Made by a program: the position numbers and the translations under genes
The notes under the pieces: model-generated
What the model saw: only the letters and a program-made list of their open reading frames with translations
Database searches by the model: none
What the model was told of the DNA's origin: nothing
Shown: positions 47,865 through 60,770 of the stretch, piece after piece
Position numbering within the stretch: position 1 is the stretch's first letter
How the letters are laid out: every line of letters starts with the position of its first letter
Source: Macrostomum lignano
Lineage: Eukaryota
NCBI GenBank assembly: GCA_002269645.1
Contig: NIVC01001376.1
Location: 186,001-250,000, forward strand
Direction: 5' to 3'
DNA: 64,000 bases

Positions 47865-48310
47865 TCTCCTCTCCCCTCGACTCTCCTCTCCCCTCCCCTT
47901 CTACTCTCCTCTCCTCTCCCCTCCCCCTCTACTCTACTCTCCTCTTCCCTCCCCCTCTACTCTACACTCTCTCCCCTCCTCCTCTACTCTACTCTCCTCT
48001 CCCCCTCTACTTTACTCTCCTCTACCCTCTACTCTACTCTCCCCTCCCCCTCTACTCTACTGTCCTCTACCCCCTCTACTCGACTCTCCTCTCCCCTCCT
48101 CCTCTACTCTACTCTCCTCTCCCCTCTACTCTCTGCTCTCTCCTCTCCTCTCCATCTCTACTCTACGTTTCTACTCTCCTCTCTTCACCTCTCCTTTCCC
48201 CCTCTACTCCTCTACTCTATTCTCCTCTCCTCAGCTCACCTCTCTACTCTCTCCACACTTCTCTCTACTTTCCCCTCCTTATCTTTCCTCTTCCTTCTCT
48301 CCTCTCTCCG
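47865..48310. repeat. Pyrimidine-rich (CTCTACTCTCCT) low-complexity tract
   Basis: Read directly. Confidence 0.92.
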
Positions 48311-49169
48311 TACTCTGGCCCGAAGTCATGCGCTAAGTTGTCAATCTAGCCCTTGACGGCTTGAAGTAAAAATTTTGCCGACGTCTAAGTTAATGAACAA
48401 ACAAACTGAAACAAGCAAGGATCTATAATGACACTTACCTTCTGCGTTGACTAGACGCCTAAGTAGAAAGTGTAGAAAAAGTGAGAGTTGAATTAGAAAA
48501 TTAGAAAGAAGTAAGAAAATTATTGAGTAAGAGAGTGTAGGAAGGAAACTGAGTTTCAGTTGGAAGTGTTTAGAGTTTAGACTGGAGACTGCAGATTGCA
48601 GAGTTAGAGTTCGACGAGCTTTCCAACCGGTTCAAATCGGTTTATACTGGACAGATTGCTTTGTCTGCTTTCTGGGAATTTTCCACTCCCCATTTTCCAT
48701 TACTGTTGTTTACGGAAAGTGGGGGAAAGAGACTCCGTGCACTTAGAGGACAAGTGAGTTCGCATCTCCTCATCCAATGGCAGCTGACCAATGCTTCGAC
48801 GGCAGACTATTGAAAAAAGAGCTCGTCCCGTTTAGTTTAACAAAATAAAACATTTTCATTGCTCTTATTTTTGTATTTTCCTAATTCCTTTCGAATAAAA
48901 TAATACATGAGTTTTTTCTCTTTTCTCTTTTTTGCTCTGTTCATGTTGACCCTGCACACTCATTGCCAGTGGATATGCAGAATTGTACTGGTTTCCTGGC
49001 ACCAATTTAATTGTAGGAACTGCAGTATTGTATTGATGGGCTCCAACTGCATAACCTTGAGCTTGACGCTCTGGAAGATATGCATTGGGTTGAGCTTCCT
49101 GTAGCAAAAATTGACTAGCAAATGTGTTGGCTGTGAAATCTAATCCAGCCAGCTGAATAGCCCGCTGTA

Positions 49170-50182
49170 TCAAATCTTACTGAATTTTTTTGCAGAAACT
49201 TTTTTTAGAAGTGTCAACATTGGACCACTTGCAACGCCGGAATTTGAATTTCCTGAAACTGGAACACTGGGATTGGCACTTACATCTGCAGCATGCTGGC
49301 CTTGAATGGAATTCTTGGGAATTGTTGAAGCTTCAGATGAGCTTTCAGAAACTTTAGGACCAACAATTTCATTATTCTGTCCTTGTTGAATCTGCTCACT
49401 TTCCTCACTTAGTTCGTCTAGGTCTGCCGAAAAACTGTTTTCTTCTAGAAACTCGTCTAGAAGCTCATCTTCATTAGCGTGTACTTCAGCTGTTTCCATG
49501 CCATTTGAAGATGCACCCAAAGACTGATTAGTGGCTTCAGATTCAGCATGAGTACGGAAAACAAGCTTACCTTCATTCTGGATAATGGATTCGAACATCG
49601 TAACACATTGGTTCCGGTTTAGCTTGTGTGGCGGAAGCATGTTGGGTTTCCAGGGCCTTTTTTTCTGCTGAAGCATTCTCGCTGTCAAAAATAATTTGGC
49701 CCCAAGGAATGCTACCTGAGTCACCAGTTTTGTCTTGGTAAGCTTTCTTAGTAAGTTGACTAAGCGCTGACTGCATGGATCGCACACCTTTCTTTATTAT
49801 TTCTTCAAAGCCATGCTCAGAGCTTTGTGCCTCACCTACATTTTGACTTTGAGCAGCCTCACCTTAAGCTTGACTTTGAGCAGCTGCTTCAGCTTGCTGC
49901 CTGCGGAGCTTTTCTTGTTCATCAGCATCTCGTCTAAAAACTTTAACAATATTATCGCAATGCTTTTTGAGATCCATTTCAATACGAGCAGGAATATCTT
50001 GCGACAAACTGTACTGAGCAGGTTTGTCCTGGAAAACTCGAATCAGCACATAAGTTTCCTTTCTTGTATCTAAATCTTTAAGCACACGAGAGAAGGGCCT
50101 AGGAGCACTTTTAGCCTGCATTTGCAACCTTTTGTATTGTCCGGAAGTTTTCTGTATTTCTCCTGAAGTTGTCGCGTCCATT
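49170..50182 (-). pseudogene. Uncharacterised gene, paralogue 2 (two frameshifts and one in-frame stop)
   Basis: Acceptor TTTCAG|AATGG, same position and phase as paralogue 1. Encodes WTRQLQEKYRKLPDNTK/RLQMQAK...GSIPWGQ.../PPHKLNRNQCVTM. Confidence 0.62.
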
Positions 50183-53100
50183 CTGAAATAGAAGGTAAGA
50201 AGAGTATACATAGTTAAGAATGCACATGGTAAGTATGACTGACAGACACTGAGACAACCACTGAGATTGTGAGACAGACACTGAGGCAGACACTAGGACA
50301 GACACTGAGACACTGAGAGAGGCTGAGACAGACTGATTACAACCTGCCAAGCTTACTGACTAATAACGACAGTTTTTTGAAACCTCTACCAGACACTGAG
50401 ACAGACACTGGACAGACAGTTTTTAAATAAGCTATTCTAGTACTGCTTAGTACTGCTATGGAGAGAAGTCATCTTTAAATCTTTAGATAGCAGCATTTAG
50501 TATGGAATGGAAACTTTTGGGACTCCCCTCGTAGTAGTATTTAAGCCAGTTAATGAATTTAAATATCCCTTATATTTATAACAAAAAAACTACATCTACA
50601 AAATCTTTTTTTGAAATTGGCAACTGGCACTAGGAAAGTGAAGCTTCCGCCCTCGCATTCCCCGTCTTTGGTGCCCTCTGGGTCACGCTGTCGATCACGA
50701 CCGGCAAGCACTCTTCAGTGTACCATCGAATCTTCGAATATCTCGACGGTCTGACGGGCTAGCTACTTTATTCTTGTTTCCAATACAAGCGCAAGAAAAA
50801 GTTGGCCCACGTTTTTTAGTTTCTTCTCTGTATTGCTCCATTCGGGCGCAGCAAATGAATTGGGTTTCCCTAGTACTCGTAGTTCTACGGTTAGTGTTAA
50901 TGAAAACATGTAGTATAGACTAGACTACAGAAAGGTATAGTTGGTGAACAGATTATCCCATACTTTCCCGTTTCAGAAAACTGCTGCCTATGGCACCTGC
51001 CATGTGCATGTGCAGACTAAAAAAGGACGCGTGAATATTCAACTTTAGCTGGAGACCTCTTTCGTACGGGAGTATTTGCCATCATTCTTGATCCCATCTC
51101 AGTATGCCAATGCCAAATTCGAAACTCTGATTTGTTTCAACAGCAGGCAGATATATGTCAACTGCTATCATAATGTTACATGCAATCTGTCTTATAGATA
51201 TAGCGCATTTTAGCGAAAAACTTTCTATAGTTCGTTGAGACCCGATCTGTATTTTTATCAATTGATTTCTTTGTCAAAAAGTTAAAATAAATAAATACAC
51301 TTAACTGGAAGCTGATTTAATATTTCAGAAAAGAAACATGCACGACTAGACTAATACTTCATTTTTATTCATTTTAATTAGAAAGTAACGTATAGTACTT
51401 ACAGAAAACTTACAGATTACACGTTACAGATTATTAGTTACAGATTAATTATCACTTACAGATTATTACTTGCCTATTGTTGTGTCACTACACGTGATCG
51501 TACCAGCTCCCTAAGAATATTCTGCAGCGAACGAGCCTGAGAGATGGCGTCAGCCCGCTGACCGGACTGACTCCGCTACTGAGCGTGGGATCGCGTCGAG
51601 GTAAGGCAATCAGTCCGTACCTAGAGCGTACGTTACCCACTTTACACGAGTCCCAAATGAATTATAAATACAGACGCGAGTCTTACTTCTGACTTCCAAT
51701 CGGCAGGGCGGTGGGCAAGGCGGCGAATTCGGTTGTATAGTAGTATTGAGATTTCGATATCACAGTTGAAGTTTACTGATTTTGTAGTGGCAGACGTCAA
51801 CGGCAACACGCTCACCTTGCCCCCTCCCGCCAGCAGTTCTCTATTTATTTAGGCTTCCTAGGGTCTCACGCCAGACAGCATTATCAACAACCCAGAGCAA
51901 TACCAACTTGTTGGCCAATCACCTTTGAGGGAGGGGTAGCGCATATAGCAAAAAAGGGGGGAATTGACAAGTGCTAAAAAAGGGGGCCAGGCCAGCCAAT
52001 CCGGCTGGGTAACGCATAATAAGAAAAAGGGGGCAGATAGTAAGGGGCTGACACACAACTGGGGGGGGGTTGGCGCAGACAGAATAGAAGGGGGGGGGTT
52101 GGCGCAGGACCGCGGCCTGGAGGGGTGGGAGTGCAGTGCCGGGCACACTTGACCGAGAGCCAGAGATTGCTCATCGGTACAAGTGCACCCGGGCACAACA
52201 CTATATAAACAACCAATGTCGTTGTTTGTCACAGCGATTTAATTTTAAATAGAAAAGGGAAGTCTATGTTAAGGACATTTAGGGGGAGAATGCCAGACAT
52301 TCCTTTGTTATACCTTATATAATGGACGCTTGACGTTCCCACTACGGCCGACCAAGGTGCAGCTTCTAAGAATGTTTCCCAAACTATGATCAAACCAGCA
52401 ATGTTCTCAGTGAAGTCAAAAATCATGCTAATCCGTTTTTAAATCTACCGTGTTACTATCAGTAGTATTTTTAGCAGTCTAATGTGGTAGCTCTTTAGCA
52501 GTCTAACTAATCATTTCGGTTTTATTATTATCTTAACCGTCAATCGTCTTCCCTTGCTTGCTGCCCAACTAACCTACTGTTTCTTAATCTTTCCGTTAAC
52601 ACAAGTAAAGTCTTGCAAAATTGCACGATTTCAAACATTCTGAGTGCATGTGCTCAACTGTTTGTCCGCTTCTTGAACTTCTAATCGCCCCTCAGCCAAC
52701 ACCCAAAGAATACCGCCTGAGCCAACACCCTAACCCTAACACTTGGTTGTTGTTAGCTAATGAATCCCCTCTTCATTCATTATTATTTTTGGAATCTGAC
52801 CGTTGCAGCAAATCTTCAGGTAATGTATGTAGTATCCAATCTTCCATGTATGCGGTTCAATTACCAGTTCCCATGGAATCAGAAATGACGTATTAGACTG
52901 CTAACTCAAAGTAAAAAACGCTGATAACACAGTTCCAATTGTTGCAATATCGCGCAGTGCTTTTCCTGAATATCGACTGCAGATACGTTTTGTAACGTCT
53001 TCACCATGCATCGGATGCTTATCTACTTAAACAGATGCTCAGGGCTATAAGCAGAGCCATGCCGCACCAAGCCATGCGAATTAATTGCCACACAAAATGC

Positions 53101-53345
53101 TTCCGTTGTTTCACTCTGCAAGTGCAATGCAGGCTCGGAGGACCTATAAGAAGGAACCTCACTTGCACCAGCTCTAACCAGAAGCTGCTGTTAACTCTCC
53201 TGTGGCGATTTATTCAGCTTTATCAAATTAATGTCATATGAATTAGAGACGCCACAGCTATTGATAATTGAAGCTGCTTTAGATAACTGATTTCCTGTCT
53301 TATCTCCCCTCTCTCATTTCTCATCATTTCTCATCTCTCATTTCT

Positions 53346-53757
53346 TTGAGGGTCAGTCAAAAAGTAATGATAATATTATTGTCACGAGCTTCAAGCTTCA
53401 CGCACTAATCTACTTTTCTACATAATCCTCCTCCAGGGTCAGGCACTTCTCCATGCGGTGTCGCCATCTCTCCAGGCCATTCGTGTAGAAGGCAGGCGCT
53501 GCGCAGCAAGCCACTGTACGGTAGCCTTCTTGGCAGCCTCCTTGCTTTCATGTCGAACTCCCTTGATCGCCTCCTTCAGCTTTGGAAACAAAAAAAGTCT
53601 GAAGGAGCCAAATCAGGGCTGTACGAAGGATGCTGAAGTATTTCCCAGCGGAAATCTCGTAGAGTCTCCCGGCACAGTCGAGAAGTGTGGGCTGGTGCAT
53701 TGTCGTGGTGGAAGAGCACTCCACGGTGCAGCTTGCCAGGTCGCTTTTTGGCCAGTT
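53346..53757 (-). mobile_element. mariner (Tc1/mariner) 3' fragment: transposase C-terminus plus TIR
   Basis: KKRPGK...LFHHDNAPAHTS...WEILQHPSYSPDLAPSDFFLFPKLK...YVEK* (stop 53410-53412). TIR remnant GAGGGTCAGTCAAAAAGT at 53348. Confidence 0.92.
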
Positions 53758-53828
53758 TTAAAAAAGTTGGTATTTGTTTTTACGTGTAAAAAGACACAAT
53801 CCTACTTATAGTAGAATGAAAAGTCAGT

Positions 53829-54128
53829 TCATTGATTTTTGTCGCGCGCTATTTTAGGTTCGCCGAGGAAGTCGCGACGCGACGGTTGGTTGCCTTGAGC
53901 CTGAGCTTGAGCTTGATCTTGAGCCTGGGCTTGAGCTTTTTGGTATGGTGGCGGTGGCGGTGGCAAATCGATGTTACCGATGTTGCGAGTCTGCAGAGTG
54001 ACTGCTCCTTGCTCGTCGTAGTTTCTTTGGCGTGCTAGTTGTTGTTTGAATCGTCTTAATTTTTGGATGAATCTTTCGGTCTTCTTTAGCACTTCTTCTA
54101 AAGCGCCTAGGAGAACCTCGCCGTTCAT
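53829..54128 (-). CDS. Small ORF of unknown function: helical N-terminus, PPPPPPY and (AQ)n
   Basis: ATG-initiated 99-aa ORF; no family recognised. Confidence 0.3.
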   Translation of the reverse strand: MNGEVLLGALEEVLKKTERFIQKLRRFKQQLARQRNYDEQGAVTLQTRNIGNIDLPPPPPPYQKAQAQAQDQAQAQAQGNQPSRRDFLGEPKIARDKNQ

Positions 54129-55607
54129 TGACGAAATATGGTTTCGGGCTTTAGGGCTACTAAGACATCTCTATAAAGCGCAGCTGTCATCTGCGCCGTA
54201 GCACGCCTAGCTCTAACTGTGGCAAGGCCAGACATTTTCCAGTAAATTTGTGAAAAGCCCAGCGCAGCGACTAAAAATATCTACCCAATATATAAGGCTG
54301 CAGAAACATAGAGAGACAACTTTCCGTTTTGAGAACGATAGAGGACAGAAGGGACAATAGGAACAATGGAGATTGTACGGAGGGATGAAATTTGTTGTAC
54401 AAAGGGATGAGGACAGTCACACAAAGAAATGTAATCCTTTTTGTCAGAATTCTGAGTAGATATCGGAAATTTGCCACGTTTCTGCAAATTTCCTTCAAGC
54501 TGACAGATATTTGACGCATTATAACACACATATTTTATGTTTTTGTTGACGTTTATTTTCCTACTCGTCATTTACTATTAGTAGTTTTTCAATCCTATTC
54601 GCTCTCAAAAAAGCTATTATTCTCTGAACTACCAATGCTTCATTCTTCCCAATCATAATCATTTAAATATAAAGAGTTCGGTATAGTTAATATTACTAGC
54701 GAAGGAGAGTATATTAGCAACGTATGGTTCAGCAGCTACATCTGTCAGTCCTGGACGATTTACTATACTCGTAGCATAAGAAATCTTACTGTCTTAGTAT
54801 GAATGCGTACGCTGATGATCGGCTCTGATTATAACTATTGTATCTCACGTACATGCTAAGTTGATCTACGTCCAAGGCTGCCACACGCTTACAGAAAAGA
54901 CTAGAACTTACATGTTTAAATTATGAGTCGCCTTTCTTGGAAACGGAAAGAAAATTAACAGAAACGTAATATTAGAATCCTAGAATAAATTGCGCACATA
55001 ATTCAAACAGCTAAGGATCTGAATAAAGTTAAAATACACCATGTAAATAAACTAAATTTGAAATACAGAATTTTTAAACCGTTACATAAATATTCTGCAA
55101 TTTGTTAAATTAATTCGTCTAGCTCTTGAATTTCTTCAATGTCTAGTGGATAAAGTTGTATCTCGGTACGATCTCGAGATTTTATTGGAAAAGTGTGAAG
55201 ATATGGAGGACATTTATTTGCTCCATAACTGTCTATTAATTTCCTATATTCGTACAACATAGAATTAATTTCGGCGAACATTTTATCTCGTCTTTTAGCA
55301 TCCGTCAGAAAATTTCACAAAATCATTGAAATATCTTTGGTGTAGTTTACCAGTAATGTTTGGATTTCTAACTTCCATTTTTGCAATAAAAAATCAATAG
55401 TTGTGGGAGTTTTACTCATTCATCTTCGGTAACTTAAAATGCGTTTTACAAAATCCTGAAAAGTTTTACTTAATATCGTTCATTTGAAATAAGTTTTCAG
55501 TTGCCCTAAAACATCAATTTTATTATTGGAAGTTTAGGGTTAAGAGTACTATTTATAATATCTTATAAATGCTTATAAGATATTAAACGAGTGTATGCGT
55601 AACTTAC

Positions 55608-55947
55608 TTCATTGGAGGTTGCCGGTACAGCGTCGGCAGCTTCGGCAGCTAAGTCCGCGTCCATTGTTATAGCCGCGGCAGATTCTGGAAGCCTTTCAAG
55701 CGGCAAGGCTGGGTTAAGATTTAGTTTGGGCCGGATGTCATTAAAGGCCAAAAACTGCAGCCCCTCGAGCCTATCATATGCCCTTGCCCTCGCCTCAGCT
55801 ACGGCTACCTGGCCTACAACAAATGCTTTGCCGAAATGGCGAATGACTCGATCCAAGTTGGCTGTATGCTTCGAGCGTGACGAAGAAGGGTGGCGGCCCG
55901 ATTGGTTGAATAGTCACACATCGGGCAAATAAACTGGTCAGCTGGCA
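55608..55947 (-). pseudogene. C2H2 zinc-finger gene exon, frameshifted
   Basis: MPADQFICPMCDYSTNRAATLLRHAR/KH joins the 55563-55856 frame; donor GAA|GTAAGT at 55608. Confidence 0.55.
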
Positions 55948-56183
55948 TATTGAATGAAATTTATTTTCAACTCGAACTTGTTTCTTTTTCGATTAAATAG
56001 TCAGTACTATTTCTGCACAGTAGATATGTTCCAAAAAGATGTCTCATATGTCTCATTGTCTTAAAACGGAAAGTACGAGTTATAAACTCGTATAACTGAA
56101 TTTCCCTAATCTCCGTTGAAGCTTTATAATAATAAGCCCACAACCTTTTTTTCGCGCAGCTCTTGAATTTCACCCGCAGGACA

Positions 56184-56782
56184 ATGTCTCACATGGTGCA
56201 GGTTCATCCAAAGATTTCCTGTTGAATCTGCAATGCTTGGACAGGACGCGCGTCTGGTTTCAAGGTACATTGCCGTCGAAAGCACTCTGATGCCACTGAA
56301 AAGCAAATTGATGCCACAATCCGCCTTTTTGGACTCTTAAAGGCGAAGAAGCCAACCGAATCGGGTTACCTCTATCAGTGTCCTGTTTGCAGTGTTATCA
56401 CCTCGAATTTACCAAACCATGTTCGGGTAAAACATGAAAAGCAATCTAAGACAAACGGAAAGTCGCAAGCTACCCATTTAACTTAGACGACGCTAAAGAG
56501 AACGCTGAAATTATAATTTCCAAACTGAAATCACTAGCCGCCAGGAATCCCTCCGAAAAGTGTGCCGATTCACAGCTCTCCGGTGCAAGTGTTTTATGTT
56601 CTAACATTTTCGATTGCCCTGACAGCCATTGTAAATGCACCTGCCACAGTTTTAATGTAACTACGTTGGACAAAGGTTTTAATCACTTGTTTATTCCAGC
56701 TTCTCCGAGCGCTTCGTCGCAACAAACTCCAAATCCGCCAATTCCGGATTCCGTTTCACTTCTCGATTTGCTTTGTGCTTGA
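56184..56782 (+). pseudogene. Two-C2H2 zinc-finger gene, divergent from the previous one; in-frame stop and frameshift
   Basis: SC*ICNAWTGRASGFKVHCRRKH and YQCPVCSVITSNLPNHVRVKH; continues in another frame as LDDAKENAEII...DLLCA*. Missed by the ORF track because of the stop. Confidence 0.6.
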
Positions 56783-57907
56783 GTGACTGAGAACTTCATG
56801 CTAGTATGCAAAAATCTAGACTGTAATTCATTATCAAGTCCGTTAGAGTATCACCCAACCTTGCAAATAAACACTTGCCTTGATCTGTTTAGCTGCCTTT
56901 TATTTTTGTCCTGAGACTACGAGCGTAACATGCCTTATTTGCTTTCCTATTTCCTTATTTACGTAAATGGTAGCATTAAATTAAGTATGGTATAGTGATA
57001 GTATATAAAGTTATTTAGTGTCTTGTGATGAAGTACCTACTGCCTCGATGGCCTAAGTAGTAATAGAAAATTACGTCCATACCCTATTTTTCAATTACAT
57101 AACACGAAATAAGGTACCCGTAGGAAATTTTATTACGTACATACCTTATTTTTCTATTAAAAATCAAATGATAAGGTACCGAACCAAATGGTAGGGTATT
57201 CTACAGGAAATCTAACTACACTGCCTGCACCCACAAAGAACGAAAGAAAGAATCGCAATAAATTGCGGGAGTCAAATTTTTGCGGTCAACTTTATGCTCC
57301 CTCAAGCCACCCAAACGCAGATCAGAGCAGCGCGCACACACACACATCAAATAAAGCCAGTTCTGCGCTACACTCACCCCATAACACAGTCTTCTCTACC
57401 CCTAATCAGCGAAGTCTTACTACACAATCCACGGCGCCATGCACCCACATAGAACGGTGGAAGAACGGATCTCAATTTTCATCAACGGACTTTTGCTCGT
57501 CAGTAATTCATTGGATATCCCCAAACCTTTACTGAGTTTTAATCCCGTTATTATTCCCCCTTTGTGAAATCATGGATTAATCTCCCCCGTCTTAGAAAAT
57601 AAATAGAACGAATTTTTTTTTCGGCTATTCTACAGGAATTTCAACTTCACTGCACGGTACCCACAAAGAATTCAAAAGAAAAAAATATCTCAAGTCCGAT
57701 CGACCGACCAACTTCTTCAAGAACGCACTTTCAGTATATTTCTAAAGCAAGCGAATCAAAATATTCCCCGACTCTTCGTCCATGGTGCCCCCTAACCCGC
57801 CTGCTACGCACCCAAACCGCAACCCAATGCCTACTAGGAAGATTCGAAGTGTCTGTATTCGCCCCAAAGAAATAGTCTTTACCATCTTAAGGTAATGGTC
57901 CAAACGT

Positions 57908-58660
57908 TTAAGGGCGACGCACGCGCGGCGGAGCGCGCATGTATATCATCTTAAAACTATTCTCAGTTTTGTCCACCCGGAAGTAGGCCACACTGCTAAT
58001 GGTCACGGAGCCGTTGGACTCCAAGTGGCGGCAGTAGCCGGCACCGTCCAAAGAACTGCAGCGCCAGCCGTTGGATGGCAGTCCCCACGCCGTCCCCCCG
58101 TTCGCGGGTACCCCCGGTCCGTGTGGTTCGCGCAGATTAATCCCCTCCGCCGTACACGCCGTCCGGATGTCGTCACTCCGGGCGTTCGTCATCACCCGCC
58201 GCGGCGAATAAGCAGTCGCCACGCATACGGCCCTGGCCACGGTGTCAAGCACATGCGTTTCTAAGCACGCTGAGCGCTGGCGGTCTGGCAGGGCCGCAGA
58301 TCGCAGGACGGTTCTCATGGAGTTGAAGGCCGCCAAAGCGAGTCTACGGCGACACCTCAGGTCGTCGAAGGCGTCAACCAGGCCGCCAAGGTACACGAAC
58401 TGCTGAACGCGCGGCAACAGCGTTGCCTGCCCATCAGCGCCTCGGCAGTAGATGTCTGCTTGGATGTTGGTGGGCATGGTGAGCACGACGGTCTTTTGCG
58501 TGTTGATCACCAGGCCGACGCTCGCAGCAACGCCAACCAGACGGTCCAGCTGACGTTGGGCGCCCTCGACGGTTGAGGACAGCAGGGCGAGATCATCGGC
58601 GTAGCCCAGGATGCTGAGGCGACGCTTTGGCTTGCGGCGGCCCACTCGGCGTTGCAGCAG
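57908..58660 (-). mobile_element. Non-LTR retrotransposon (RTE-like) RT C-terminal fragment
   Basis: LGYADDLALLS...QRQLDRL...SVGLVINTQKT...VQQFVYLG...RRRLALAAFNSM. Confidence 0.85.
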
Positions 58661-58696
58661 GATAACTTTATGTACAATTCAGAACGGGTCAATTAT

Positions 58697-59633
58697 GGAT
58701 GGAATGTGCTTATCTGTTGTCGCAAGATGCAATAACTCGCTAAGCACCTCCGCCAAGTATCAGAACGTCGAGTGGCGAAAACACGGCTAGCCAGCCAGGC
58801 TGCTGGGGTGCTGAAATTGAACTCAATTGGTTGCATTGAACAGCATTCCTAAGTACTATCCTGCCAAGCCTACTGGCTGATTATGACACTTTTCTGAAAC
58901 ATCTACCACTGAGCTCTACTGTTGTAAACTCTATGGTATGATCATTAAATAAGGAAGAAGTTGAAGCGCAAGATTTTCAATCTGCGCTTGAAGATTGGGC
59001 TGGGCAGAACCCTCGGGCCGATTAATTTATTACTACATTATTAAATTATTACATTAATACATTATTAAATTAATACAGTATTACATTATTACATTATTAA
59101 ACATTATTACATTACATTATTACATTATTACTAATTTATTAATTTATTATTAATTTATTATTTAAATTACTTCAATTATTAAATTATTTAAATTGTTTAA
59201 ATTATTAAATTAATAAAATTAAATTATTAAATTAAATATTAAATTACATTAAAAAATTAAATTAAATTAAATTACATTAAAAAATTAAATTAAATTAAAT
59301 TAATAAATCAAATTAATAAATTATTATTTAATTATTTCAATTATTAATTCCGACCCAATGGTTCATATCTGATTGTAGTGAAAGTTTGTCTGTCTGTCTG
59401 TCTGTCTGCTTGTCTAAATAATTAATTTCAAATGTCTTAAACAGTAAATTTTTTATTCATCTATATCTATCTATATATACAAACTTTCCCTACAATCAGA
59501 TTTGTAGCCCAGCCCAAACAGTACAGTACACAGTACAGTACAGTACAGTACAGTACAGTATTAAGCTCAAAGTAGCCGCAGCCGGCCGCTCCGCAGCCGC
59601 CTCAGCCGGCAAGCGGTGGCGGCGGCGGCGGTG

Positions 59634-59673
<40 letters not shown>

Positions 59674-60550
59674 GGGCGGATGCGGCCCCCTTCTTGATTA
59701 GTAACAATGTCCATCTGGAAAAGAAATCAGACGTGTGAGTGGAAAAGGACCATTTCTTTGGGCCATCTTTAAAATATAATGATGAATTGCGACCTTACAA
59801 CATTATGCTAGTGTATGTCCCTAAACTATAGTGCACATGTTCCCCTCATACTACTTTTAGTATCCTACTAGAGATCCTACTATCTACTATCTACTAGTAG
59901 GATACTATCCTACTATCTACTATCTGCTGTGTATGATTTATGACACTGAGAATAGATTTGGGACACTGAGAATAGATTTAATAGATACTGAGAATAGATT
60001 TGAGACACTGAGAATAGATTTGGGACACTGAGAAATGATTTAAGACACTGAGAATAGATTTAAGACACTGAGAAATGATTTATGACACTGATAATAGATT
60101 TTAGACACTGAGAATAGATTTGGGACACTGAGAATAGATTAATTACACAGAGAATAGATTGGGGTTACTGAGAATAGATTTGGGACATTGAGAATAGATT
60201 TGAGACACTGAGAATAGATTTAGGACACTGAGAATAGATTCAGGACACTGAGAATAGATTTGCCATACCAAGAATAGATTCAGGACACTGATAATAGATT
60301 GGGATACGAAGAATTAGCTGTTAGACACAGATAGATAGGGGATTAGATAGTGGGATTAGATAGATTAGATAGGGGATCTAGACCTAATATATGTACAGCC
60401 TATAAAGAACTGCATATATTTTATACTCGTAACTAAATGCACATAGCTTAAACTCACTATATATAACTTATAACTAAGCAAATATTGATTATTGTGGAGC
60501 TTATTATCAACCTTAGTTCTAGGAAATGGAGCAATTTTAAAGTTCAAAAT
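58697..60550. mobile_element. Dispersed repeat, copy 2, with a three-way fold-back core (58995-59517)
   Basis: Colinear homology with 39625-41880. Confidence 0.75.
59940..60310. repeat. 20-bp tandem repeat (GACACTGAGAATAGATTTGG)
   Basis: Read directly; about 18 copies. Confidence 0.93.
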
Positions 60551-60770
60551 ACCAAGAATTAGCTGTTGGACACATATATAGATAGGGAATTAGATAGTGG
60601 GATTAGATAGATTAGATAGGGGATCTAGACCTAATATATGTACAGCCTATAAAGAACAGCATATTATCTCATTCTCGTAACTAAATGCACATAGCTTAAA
60701 CTCACTATATATAACTTATAACTAAGCAAATATTGATTATTGTGGAGCTTATTATCAACGTTAGTTCTAG
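60310..60770. repeat. ~245-bp tandem duplication
   Basis: AAGAATTAGCTGTT...GATCTAGACCTAAT...TTAGTTCTAGGA occurs at ~60309 and ~60554. Confidence 0.85.

Noticed and set aside
50600-51250. Upstream exon of paralogue 2
   Set aside because: A DSMVH match to paralogue 1's DMVH is followed by a stop, and no suitable donor was found.
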